Made by a program: the position numbers and the translations under genes. This document shows positions 1 to 8,090 of a DNA stretch of 64,000 nt, in pieces; positions within the stretch are counted from its first letter, which is position 1, and each line of letters begins with the position of its first letter. The notes under the pieces were generated by a model. It searched no databases. It had not been told where the DNA came from and saw only the letters and a list, made by a program, of their open reading frames with translations. Source of the stretch: a virus (lineage: Duplodnaviria > Caudoviricetes); IMG/VR virus record IMGVR_UViG_2915264867_000002, positions 1 to 64,000 of that record; one strand, given 5' to 3'.

Positions 1-309
1 TCACGTCGTGCCTTTGCTGGCCAGCTCCACGGCTGCGGCGATTTGTTCTGGAGTCAAAGTACGCAGCAGTGCGTTGAGCTGCTTCTTAGGCGCCCGGGCC
101 GCCACCTTGGCTGCGCGTTTGCGATCGTAGAGGGCCGACGCGCTGTCGGAGCCGCGCAGCAGTACAAGCATAAGGTCTACCACCTCACCTTGCGTAATCT
201 TGTGGGCCTTGGCCAGAACGGCCAACTCCTCCCAGCTCTCGACGGAGAGATCAATCGACCGACGTTGACGCTCCTCGTCAACCGGAAGTTGAATTTCTTG
301 AATGTCCAT
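1..309 (-). CDS. Small putative DNA-binding protein (ribbon-helix-helix-like)
   Basis: ORF track 1..339; ATG at 309 is the likelier start. RQRRSIDLSVESWEELAVLAKAHKITQGEVVDLML fits a strand-helix-helix pattern. Confidence 0.45.
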   Translation of the reverse strand: MDIQEIQLPVDEERQRRSIDLSVESWEELAVLAKAHKITQGEVVDLMLVLLRGSDSASALYDRKRAAKVAARAPKKQLNALLRTLTPEQIAAAVELASKGTT

Positions 310-376
310 ATGTTCCAAAATAAGTATTTTTACGTTCATATGGATTATAGCTCATTAAAAATTTGAATCATTCTTG

Positions 377-394
377 CGTAGGAACACTCCTACG
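377..394. promoter_or_regulatory. Perfect 7-bp inverted repeat CGTAGGA-ACAC-TCCTACG upstream of the RHH-like gene
   Basis: Seen directly in the AT-rich divergent intergenic region; possible autoregulatory operator. Confidence 0.35.
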
Positions 395-709
395 TTGTTT
401 GTCAAGAAACTTAAAATATCAAAGGTCTAACAACGTTACGAAAGTTCACAAACTGACCGGTTGTAGCGCCGCCACGGTTAATGATATCGCTCACATTTGG
501 CCGCAAAGGTGGATAGATCCGTGCTAAGATAGTTGCTTAGAAAATACGCGGGTTTCTCGTGCACAACAGCCAACTTACGGGATGTCGAACCTCCATATAA
601 CCGGAGCTAGACAACAATTGACATCTATTTAGCGCTGCCAAAATCGCAGTCGTTGGATTTTTGCATCCTGAAGATTGACTTTACGCATCGCAACCTGAAA
701 GATAGCCGC

Positions 710-907
710 ATGAAACTGAAAATCGCCTGCTTCAACCCTACCACCCAAGAATACACGCACGAGGAAATCACCCTGACTTCGAAAGTCTTTAAGACGCCTG
801 AAGCAGCCGTGACCGCGCTGCGCGGGATGTACCAAGCCGCAGCTCCGGATGTGGAAGTGTTACATGCTGTTCTAATCGAAGAAATGGAACGCGGCTACTA
901 CGAGTAA
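710..907 (+). CDS. Hypothetical phage protein
   Basis: ORF track 653..907; ATG at 710 follows a purine-rich stretch; a terminator follows. Confidence 0.55.
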   Translation: MKLKIACFNPTTQEYTHEEITLTSKVFKTPEAAVTALRGMYQAAAPDVEVLHAVLIEEMERGYYE

Positions 908-928
908 GCCGCGAATGTGAAATAACTT

Positions 929-950
929 GGCCGCTTTATGCGGCCTTTTT
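929..950 (+). terminator. Intrinsic terminator
   Basis: GGCCGC-TTTAT-GCGGCC followed by TTTTT, between convergent genes. Confidence 0.7.
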
Positions 951-2690
951 CATTTTGGAGAAGCCCAGAGCCTCCAGATCAAAGTCGGCGCCCCGCTCCA
1001 GGATGTGCCGGTCGAAGCCAGGAGTGGCCTTGATGATGCCCAAGCGCGTGAGAGCGTGCTCCTTCAGGTGCTCGTTGAAGGCATCGGCAAAGTCGGTGAC
1101 AAAGCACACGTTTGGCATGCCGTTTTTCTTCTCCCGCAGGCCGCGTCCGATTCGCTGACGCAGCGCCACCTCGGCCTTGCCGCCGCCAGCGAGACAAATG
1201 TGCCCGACTGCCGGCACGTCCACGCCAACGTCGAGGATGCTCGTCCCGATCAGTACATCGATCTCGGCCCCGGCCAACCTGCGCAGCGCCTCCTTACGCC
1301 CTTCCTTGTCGTCTTCACCCTGGATGAATTCAACGCGTAGGCCGGCATTAGCCAGTTTCTGCGCCAGCAAGGCGCCGTGCTGTGTCTGTTGGATCAGCAC
1401 CATCGACGTCAGTCCGTACCCGGCGAAGCGCACGCATTCTTTGACGATCTCCGCATTACGGAACTCGTTCTCGACGATCCCAATGCGGTATGCGGACTGC
1501 CAACCGGTGTGACGCATCAGTTTGGCTGGCTTGTTGCGCAGCTCGATAATACGGAAGTGAGGCTGCGCCAGAATGCCGCGATCGATCAGCAGCTCCTCGG
1601 GCACCTTGATGGCGATCGGTCCGGAGCACGCCATCAAGCGCATGTTGGCCTCCTCATCGCCCTTCATGAATGGGGTTGCCGTAAGCGCCAGGCGGTAGTG
1701 TGCATTTTTGCAGTGGCGCATGATCTCGTAATAGCTGTTGCCCGACGCTTCATGTGCTTCTTCGAGGATCACCAGTTCGAATTTACCCAGGAGGTCGATC
1801 GTCTTGGCGCGATCCTTCATGTGCGCGTCCACCTTCACCGCAGCGGCGGCTTTCAATTCTTTGGCGCCGGCCGCGCGCGCAGCCTTCTGCTTGACCTCAA
1901 GCTCCGCGATCGCCGCGCGTACGGCCGCCGGCGTGGCCCCAACGGCCGTCATCTTCTTTTCCAGCGCCTTGGCGACCTTCACTTCTTTCTTCAGGATTTG
2001 GTCGACCATGCGCTCGATCTCGCCGTCGACCGTTTTCTCCTCGAGACGCGCGACCAGCGTCTGCACCATGGCCACCGACATTTTCTTGATCGCCTGACGC
2101 TCAACGCCATCCTGCACAACGGTGTGCCCGAACTTGCCGTCGCCCAGGATGGACACCTTGATGCCCAGATCGCGTTCAAATGCCTCATGCATCTGGTACA
2201 ACAGGATGCCGCGCGTGGTCAGGAACATCGCCGGCCGGCCAATACGGGCGAACGCCAGCTTGGCGATCCGACTCTTGCCGCCGCCGGTGGCCACTTGGGC
2301 AATGATCTGCCCGAACTTGAGCAGCGCGTCGATCACCTTCGGCTGATAGTCGTAGCGCGGTGCCATGCCGAACTTGTCGACTACGGGAGCGACCGGCCCC
2401 AGCGGCGGCGGCAACTCTTTTCGGGCGAACATGACCGTGTACCCCAGCGCGCGCAGCTTGGCCGCAACGTAGTGGACGAAGCCGGCCGGAAACGTGCCCG
2501 CGCGGAAGTCAAGAAACGAGCTGCGGCCATCCCATGTGCCGCGCTTGAAGGTTATGGAGTGCTCGGCGCCGGAGACCGCGTACGACAGGATCGTTTGGAC
2601 CGCCAGGAGCAAATCACGATCCGGCTTGTGAAGTTTTGCGATCCAGGCGTTGGATGCGATGGTTGCTTGTTTGGTCATTGGGGTTGCCAA
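936..2690 (-). CDS. Superfamily 2 DExH helicase (UvsW/Res-III-like)
   Basis: Walker A ATGGGKS, motif II EEAH, motif III TATP, motif V GVDVP, motif VI QRIGRGLR. Confidence 0.9.
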   Translation of the reverse strand: MATPMTKQATIASNAWIAKLHKPDRDLLLAVQTILSYAVSGAEHSITFKRGTWDGRSSFLDFRAGTFPAGFVHYVAAKLRALGYTVMFARKELPPPLGPVAPVVDKFGMAPRYDYQPKVIDALLKFGQIIAQVATGGGKSRIAKLAFARIGRPAMFLTTRGILLYQMHEAFERDLGIKVSILGDGKFGHTVVQDGVERQAIKKMSVAMVQTLVARLEEKTVDGEIERMVDQILKKEVKVAKALEKKMTAVGATPAAVRAAIAELEVKQKAARAAGAKELKAAAAVKVDAHMKDRAKTIDLLGKFELVILEEAHEASGNSYYEIMRHCKNAHYRLALTATPFMKGDEEANMRLMACSGPIAIKVPEELLIDRGILAQPHFRIIELRNKPAKLMRHTGWQSAYRIGIVENEFRNAEIVKECVRFAGYGLTSMVLIQQTQHGALLAQKLANAGLRVEFIQGEDDKEGRKEALRRLAGAEIDVLIGTSILDVGVDVPAVGHICLAGGGKAEVALRQRIGRGLREKKNGMPNVCFVTDFADAFNEHLKEHALTRLGIIKATPGFDRHILERGADFDLEALGFSKMKKAA

Positions 2691-2713
2691 GTGTTAAAAA
2701 TATGGATAAAGTA

Positions 2714-2731
2714 TAAGTCAGTACTGACTTA
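2714..2731. promoter_or_regulatory. 18-bp palindromic operator, perfect copy
   Basis: TAAGTCAGTACTGACTTA between the divergent helicase and ParB-like genes. Confidence 0.85.
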
Positions 2732-2751
2732 TTATCAATCACACCCATTCC

Positions 2752-3399
2752 ATGTCAAATCCCACCCTTACCACTGCCGATCCCCGCACGCTGACGCCGA
2801 ATCCCTGGAACACGAACATCGTCGGCCCGGACAACGAGGCCAAGATCGATGCCTCGATCAAGCGTCTGGGCATGTTCAAACCTATCGTCGTGCGCACCCT
2901 GGCCAGCGGTGAGCTGCAGATACTGGGCGGCGAACACCGAAATGGTTCGGCGATCCGTCTTGGCATGACGGAAGTCCCTATCGTCAATCTTGGCCAGATC
3001 AGCGACAAGAAGGCAAAAGAGATCGGCCTGGTCGACAACGGCCGCTACGGCAGTGATGACACCCTGCTGCTGACCAAACTCCTGGAGGAGATCGGCACGC
3101 CGGCCGAGCTGGGTGCGTTTTTGCCCTATTCTGACTCGGAATTCGAATCGATCTTTGCAAGCAGCACTATAGCTCTCGATGATCTTGATTTTCCGGATGA
3201 GGGCACCCCTACCCCAAGCCCTTCGACAACTGCCGCACCCCAGACCCACGTCATCATGCGCTTCAAGGTGCCAGTGGGCGATTCGGCCACGATCACCGAC
3301 GCCATCGAGCGGACAATGAAGCGTCAGCGCTTCACCGACGAGGACAGTCTCACCAATGCCGGCCACGCGCTGGTGCACATCATTGGCAACCTGGCATGA
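2752..3399 (+). CDS. ParB/Sulfiredoxin N-terminal domain protein 1
   Basis: LTPNPWNTN, GMFKPIVVR, ILGGEHR (ParB GxxR box), VPIV; acidic linker and short C-terminal domain. Confidence 0.8.
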   Translation: MSNPTLTTADPRTLTPNPWNTNIVGPDNEAKIDASIKRLGMFKPIVVRTLASGELQILGGEHRNGSAIRLGMTEVPIVNLGQISDKKAKEIGLVDNGRYGSDDTLLLTKLLEEIGTPAELGAFLPYSDSEFESIFASSTIALDDLDFPDEGTPTPSPSTTAAPQTHVIMRFKVPVGDSATITDAIERTMKRQRFTDEDSLTNAGHALVHIIGNLA

Positions 3400-3581
3400 A
3401 CATCCGGCCAGCGAACGGCAAGGACTACGTGTACTGCGAGTCCTGCCTCAACTTGGAAATCCCATTCGAGTGCCAGGGGTGCGACGCCGGGAGCAACTAC
3501 TCCGGCGCCGATCCTGACGAACTCGACGCGGCGCCCGCCGAAGCACCCCTCACCTTTATGCCCATTCAGGACGAACAATGA
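3396..3581 (+). CDS. Small CxxC-CxxC (Zn-ribbon-like) protein
   Basis: CESC...CQGC; ATGA overlaps with both neighbours. Confidence 0.55.
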   Translation: MNIRPANGKDYVYCESCLNLEIPFECQGCDAGSNYSGADPDELDAAPAEAPLTFMPIQDEQ

Positions 3582-3775
3582 TCGAAATTCTGTTCATCGC
3601 TGTGATCCTCGGGATCATTGCTGCCACCTACTGTTACTGCTGCATGTCCGAAGCCAGCTTCCCATTTGTCGCCATTTTCTCGATCGTGACAGGCGTTCTG
3701 ACCTCCTCTCTCGTACTGATCTCTGCGTTCATTTTCGTCACCCTGCGCGTGGTCTTGCAGATCCTGCCGCTCTAA
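3578..3775 (+). CDS. Small membrane protein (two hydrophobic segments)
   Basis: Almost entirely hydrophobic 65 aa; translationally coupled to the upstream ORF. Confidence 0.55.
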   Translation: MIEILFIAVILGIIAATYCYCCMSEASFPFVAIFSIVTGVLTSSLVLISAFIFVTLRVVLQILPL

Positions 3776-3790
3776 CATCAAGGAATATTT

Positions 3791-4069
3791 ATGGATAACC
3801 AGCACCGCAAGATCGCCGGCTACAACGAGTTCGACGCCGAGACGATCGACCTGATGAACCAGGTCCGCCAACACAACCACGAGATCGCCAAACTGGTCGA
3901 AATGGTCAAGCAGCGCATCGCTACCCAGCGCACTGCGGCGATCGGCGACGCCGACCTGACCCGCCGCATGAACGCTGCCGAGCCTGAGCGCTGGGCCGCG
4001 CTGGGCCGCACCAGCATCCAGCAAGGCCTGATGTTCCTCACGCGCGCTGTCGCGCAGCCGGAGTTCTGA
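3791..4069 (+). CDS. acb2: Anti-CBASS cyclic-oligonucleotide sponge protein Acb2 homologue
   Basis: MDNQHRKIAGY...IDLMNQV...AEPERWAALGRTSIQQGLMFLTRAVAQP closely follows the Pseudomonas phage Acb2 sequence as recalled (MDNQHKKIKGY...[28 protein letters not shown]); RBS AAGGA. Confidence 0.88.
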   Translation: MDNQHRKIAGYNEFDAETIDLMNQVRQHNHEIAKLVEMVKQRIATQRTAAIGDADLTRRMNAAEPERWAALGRTSIQQGLMFLTRAVAQPEF

Positions 4070-4071
4070 TC

Positions 4072-4734
4072 ATGGCGTCTACTGCAGCAAGCCCTGAAAT
4101 TCAAATGTGGGACACTGGCCGCCCACGCCCATACGCCAAGAACGCGAAAATGCACGACGACAGCCAGGTCGGCAAAATCGCCGCTTCGCTCGAGAAATTC
4201 GGCTGGCGCGGCAATCCGATCGTGGTGGACGAGAACGAAGAGATCCTTGCCGGCCACGGCCGGCGCCTGGCCGCCATCAAGCTGGGCCTGCCTCACGTAC
4301 CAGTGGTGCAGATCACCGACATGACCGAGGATGAAAAGCGAGCGTACCGTCTGGCCGATAACCGCGTCGCGATTTCCAACCTCGATACCGACCTGCTGCA
4401 GCAAGAGCTGGTGGACCTGGACTTCGACTTGAGCGGCTTCTTCGACAAGAAAGAGCTGGACTTCGTCATCGCCGACCTGGGCGAGCTGAACACGGACGCC
4501 TTTGTCACCGACCTCGACGCCGAGATTGCCAAGCAATCAGAGGAGACTGCAGAAACCATCGTGGCATCTGCCATGAAGGACGTCCCGATCGCCAAAGCGC
4601 TGGGCTTCAAGTCCATCAAGGGCGCCGACGAGCGGGCGGTGGCCATGTTCATCGCCCAGCTGGAGCACGAATCGGGCAAGTCGGGCGCCGAGGCCTTCAT
4701 GGAGTTCATCAACACGATGGCGGCCGCCGCATGA
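4072..4734 (+). CDS. ParB/Sulfiredoxin N-terminal domain protein 2
   Basis: RPYAKNAKMHDDSQVGKIAASLEKFGWRGNPIVVDE..ILAGHGRRLAA..VPV..RAYRLADNR, the typical phage ParB-N found near terminase and DNA-modification genes. Confidence 0.88.
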   Translation: MASTAASPEIQMWDTGRPRPYAKNAKMHDDSQVGKIAASLEKFGWRGNPIVVDENEEILAGHGRRLAAIKLGLPHVPVVQITDMTEDEKRAYRLADNRVAISNLDTDLLQQELVDLDFDLSGFFDKKELDFVIADLGELNTDAFVTDLDAEIAKQSEETAETIVASAMKDVPIAKALGFKSIKGADERAVAMFIAQLEHESGKSGAEAFMEFINTMAAAA

Positions 4735-5105
4735 GCCGCAACTTCTACGACACCATCCCAAAGTCGGTGCGCATCGGCAGCTACGACTTCAAGGTCGTTG
4801 TTATGCCCAACTTCGAACAGGCTTCCGACACCGTCTACGGTGACATGAACGCAGTGCTGCAGCGAATCCGCATTTGCGATGATCTGGCGCCGGCGCGCTT
4901 GGCCAATACCTTCATGCACGAGGTCATGCATGCAATCCATATGTTCTATGGCGTGGGCGACAAAACTATCGAGGAGGACACCACATTCCTCACCACCAAC
5001 GGTCTGTGCGCATTCTGGATGAACAACCCGGAGGCGGCCGCGTGGTGGGTGGACTGCGTCCTAAACGCCCCACAGAAACACGAAAATACGGAAACAAAGA
5101 AATGA
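4731..5105 (+). CDS. HExxH zinc-metallopeptidase-like protein
   Basis: NTFMHEVMHAIH motif; coupled ATGA overlaps. Confidence 0.6.
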   Translation: MSRNFYDTIPKSVRIGSYDFKVVVMPNFEQASDTVYGDMNAVLQRIRICDDLAPARLANTFMHEVMHAIHMFYGVGDKTIEEDTTFLTTNGLCAFWMNNPEAAAWWVDCVLNAPQKHENTETKK

Positions 5106-5758
5106 TTTTTACTGTAGATAAGCGCTTCCAGACCGCAGTTACCCGTACTGACCGCGTGCTGGAGATCGCCGAAGCATTCGGCCTGGGCCTGGACGACAAG
5201 GAATTCGTCGTCTTCGATAACCAGCCGATCGAGATCGAACAGGGTGACGTGGTGTACGTGACGGGCCAGTCCGGCGCCGGCAAGTCCACCGTACTACGTG
5301 AGCTGTCGGCCCTGATGACCGGTGCCGGCATGCATGTGGCCGATCTCGACGCCGTTCCGCTGCTCGACGTACCGCTGATCGACCAGATCGGTGCCACCAC
5401 GGCTGCTGCGCTGAACTTGCTGTCCGTGGCCGGCCTCAATGACGCCTACCTGTTCGTGCGCAAGCCTGCCGAACTGTCGGACGGCCAACGCTACCGCTTC
5501 CGCCTGGCCAAGCTGATCGAGTCCGGCGCCAAGGTCTGGGTCGCTGATGAATTCCTCGCCGTGCTGGACCGCACCACTGCGAAAGTGATCGCCTTCAACC
5601 TGCAGAAAATTGCGCGCATGGCCGGCGCCACGCTGCTCGTGGCCACCACGCACACCGACATGGTGCCCGACCTGGCGCCAAACGTGTACATCGAGAAGCG
5701 CTACCGCGAGAAGATCAAGATCGTCCACCGCGGCGGCGTAGTAGGGCAGCCCGCATGA
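5102..5758 (+). CDS. Soluble ABC-family ATPase (no permease partner)
   Basis: Walker A GQSGAGKST, signature LSDGQ, Walker B VADE, H-loop TTH. ATG at 5102, in frame with track ORF 5006..5758. Confidence 0.9.
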   Translation: MIFTVDKRFQTAVTRTDRVLEIAEAFGLGLDDKEFVVFDNQPIEIEQGDVVYVTGQSGAGKSTVLRELSALMTGAGMHVADLDAVPLLDVPLIDQIGATTAAALNLLSVAGLNDAYLFVRKPAELSDGQRYRFRLAKLIESGAKVWVADEFLAVLDRTTAKVIAFNLQKIARMAGATLLVATTHTDMVPDLAPNVYIEKRYREKIKIVHRGGVVGQPA

Positions 5759-6750
5759 TCGTCGCCGATAACGAGGACGTGCTGATCGAGCGCCGCGCGG
5801 TGCCGGCCAAGCACAAGCTGTCGCTGCTGAGCCAGATTTACGTCGAGCGCGGCACGAAGGAAGACTGGGACTTGCTGCACGAGCTGCACTACAAGGCTGA
5901 GAACCTAGGCATTGGCCCGCTGATTTACCGGTGCATCCTCGATGGCCAGGTGATCGGCGTAGGCGTCATGACGGTACCCAAAATGCTGCTGTCTGGCCGC
6001 AACGAGGCGTTTAAGCACATGCGGCCAAACCAGGCCGGCCGTGACACGAAGCTGATGAACCGCCACCGCGCGCTCTGGCTTAACGCTCACAGCTGCACCA
6101 ATTCGCGCCTGGTCCTGGACACGATGTACCGCGGCGCCGGTATTGCCTACCGCATGCAGAACCTCATGATGCGCATGACCGGCTGCCGCTACGTCGAGTT
6201 CCAGTCGTCGATGTCGAAGTTCAACCCGTTTGCCGCGCGCGCCGGCATGAAATTCACGAAGCCGCGGCGCAGCGCCAATTACAGCAAAGGCCTGGACTTC
6301 TTCCGGCGCTGGTTTGCCTCGGCCCCAATGGACTACGTCGGCATCCTCGCCGAGCTGGAGGCGTTCAAGGAACCGGTGCGGGCCAAGTGCGTCGCCGAAA
6401 TGCGCAAGTTCTACTACACCTGCTCGTCCATGGAAAAATCCGGCGACAACCGGGCCAACGGAACGTCGCGCGTGGACGCCATGGAGGTGCGCTACCTGCT
6501 CAAGTCGCTTCAGCAGTTGGTCCTGGCCAGCCCCCTTTACGGTGTGTTCACCAATCCCGACTTCGAAATGGGCGCTGGGACCGATTTTGAGTACCCGCCA
6601 CGCCTTCCATTGGTCGCGTTCGACAACCAGTCGCTAACTGAGCCGCTGGACCTGCAGCGGGCCGCTGAGCAGCTTGCCGCCATCACCATCAAAACCACCA
6701 TCGCTGAACCACAACTGGACGAACATGAACCTGACGACCAAGCAGATTGA
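5755..6750 (+). CDS. GNAT-fold acetyltransferase (Mom-like features)
   Basis: Acetyl-CoA motif A SRLVLDTMYRGAGIAYRM; N-terminal HELHY; coupled to the ABC ATPase. Confidence 0.7.
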   Translation: MIVADNEDVLIERRAVPAKHKLSLLSQIYVERGTKEDWDLLHELHYKAENLGIGPLIYRCILDGQVIGVGVMTVPKMLLSGRNEAFKHMRPNQAGRDTKLMNRHRALWLNAHSCTNSRLVLDTMYRGAGIAYRMQNLMMRMTGCRYVEFQSSMSKFNPFAARAGMKFTKPRRSANYSKGLDFFRRWFASAPMDYVGILAELEAFKEPVRAKCVAEMRKFYYTCSSMEKSGDNRANGTSRVDAMEVRYLLKSLQQLVLASPLYGVFTNPDFEMGAGTDFEYPPRLPLVAFDNQSLTEPLDLQRAAEQLAAITIKTTIAEPQLDEHEPDDQAD

Positions 6751-7042
6751 ACTGATCCGCGTAATCAACGAGGCGCCGTGCGACCTGGACGAGATCCTGG
6801 AGCGCGTGCGCTATTCCACCACCAAGCAAAGCCTGCAGTTCTCCATCCGGGCGCTCATCGGGCATGGCCTGATCGAGAAAAAAGGTCAGGAGAAGCGCCG
6901 CGGCCGCATGCGACAGGTCATCCAGATCACGACCCTTGGCTCCGGCTACGGCGGTAAGCAAATCCAGTTGGAGCCGAACCCTGTGATCTCCAACGTCGAG
7001 GACGATGAATTGGATGTCGACATGGAGATTCTGGAAGCATAA
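6725..7042 (+). CDS. Winged helix-turn-helix protein (MarR-like) with acidic tail
   Basis: LTTKQIELIRVI..DLDEILERV..TKQSLQFSIRALIGHGLIEK..RRGR..VIQITTLG; ATG 6725. Confidence 0.7.
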   Translation: MNLTTKQIELIRVINEAPCDLDEILERVRYSTTKQSLQFSIRALIGHGLIEKKGQEKRRGRMRQVIQITTLGSGYGGKQIQLEPNPVISNVEDDELDVDMEILEA

Positions 7043-7046
7043 ATAG

Positions 7047-7193
7047 TTGTCGTTCCGCTACTTATGCTCGACTTATGCTCGAGACGCGTTTCTATAAATA
7101 ATATATACATTCTATAAGTACATACTTACTATTTATTATTTGCGGAAAACGCAGTCGAGCATAAGTCGAGCATAAGTCCAAACGAACGACAGC
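7047..7193. repeat. Inverted-repeat site: 2x ACTTATGCTCG / AT-rich core / 2x CGAGCATAAGT
   Basis: 11-mers at 7060-7070 and 7071-7081; reverse complements at 7156-7166 and 7167-7177; about 55-bp AT-rich spacer. Confidence 0.85.
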
Positions 7194-7342
7194 GGAAAGG
7201 ATGAACGCCGGAACGGAGCCTCTTAGCCCGGGAAACTGAACCGGATCAGCCCTTCCCGCCAAACCCTGCGATGGCGATGCGGTGCGAGTGCGTGAGGTGC
7301 CCAGCACTCCTTCCTTGAACCTAATCGCCCCTCTACGCCAAA

Positions 7343-7370
7343 AAAGATAAGTCAGTATTGACTTATCTTT
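7343..7370. promoter_or_regulatory. Extended palindromic operator upstream of terminase
   Basis: AAAGATAAGTCAGTATTGACTTATCTTT (core 7348-7365, one mismatch). Confidence 0.85.
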
Positions 7371-7457
7371 GAGGCGGCGTTACAGTGGTGTCCATATGTT
7401 GAATGTTCCATATGGGCGCCCTCCCTGCGCCCATTTTTTTTGCCCGAAGGAATAGCA

Positions 7458-8090
7458 GTGACAGCACCAACGCCGAAAAAGCGCAACCTGACCCCGAAGC
7501 AATGGGCGGAAGCGGAAGCGTTATGGACGTCCGGCGAAGTGACCTACGAAGACCTGGTCAAAAAATACGGCAAGTCCATTTCTACCTTCGAACGACACTT
7601 CCGGGCCAAAGGCCTCTCCAAGGGAGCGACTGCGGCTGCCGTAAAAAAGAAGGTCGAGGAAACGCTCGCCGCGAACACCATCGACGAGGCGACGGTCATT
7701 GCTGCCCGAATCAAGGAGACAAAGGAGCAGCACTACTCCTGGGCGACCAACTTGGCCAAGCTAACCTGGAACGAGATTCTGGAGGCCAAGCGCGCCGGCA
7801 ATCCCCTTTCGGTGGCTACCAACAACCTCAAGGCGCTCGAGTCTGCAGCCAACGTGATGAAGAAGATGCGCGAGGAGCGCTGGGCTGTCCTGGGCTTGGA
7901 TCGCCCTGACGCCGTTGATCCTTCCGAATTGCCGGAACTGCTCATCGCCGAGCTGACCGCCGAGCAGATTCAAGAGCTGCGCGACCGCGACCATTCCGAA
8001 ATCGACGACCTGACGGCGCCACCGCCGGCCGATGACGACGATGCGGACGACGAAGACGGCGACGACGCCGTGGTCGAAGAAGGCGTCTGA
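7458..8090 (+). CDS. terS: Terminase small subunit
   Basis: N-terminal HTH (QWAEAEALWTSGEVTYEDLVKKYG), helical core, acidic tail; overlaps terL start. GTG 7458 follows GAAGGA. Confidence 0.7.
   Translation: MTAPTPKKRNLTPKQWAEAEALWTSGEVTYEDLVKKYGKSISTFERHFRAKGLSKGATAAAVKKKVEETLAANTIDEATVIAARIKETKEQHYSWATNLAKLTWNEILEAKRAGNPLSVATNNLKALESAANVMKKMREERWAVLGLDRPDAVDPSELPELLIAELTAEQIQELRDRDHSEIDDLTAPPPADDDDADDEDGDDAVVEEGV

Noticed and set aside
1377-2912. 511-aa ORF antisense to the helicase
   Set aside because: Shadow ORF from strong codon bias of the real gene; no RBS or domain motifs.
5102-5758. ABC transporter
   Set aside because: No permease or substrate-binding gene; the coupled partner is a GNAT. 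The only membrane ORF nearby is 65 aa.
7190-7340. Possible ncRNA or ORF (7092..7307 minus) upstream of terS
   Set aside because: No recognisable RNA family, promoter-terminator pair or RBS; cannot be supported by eye.
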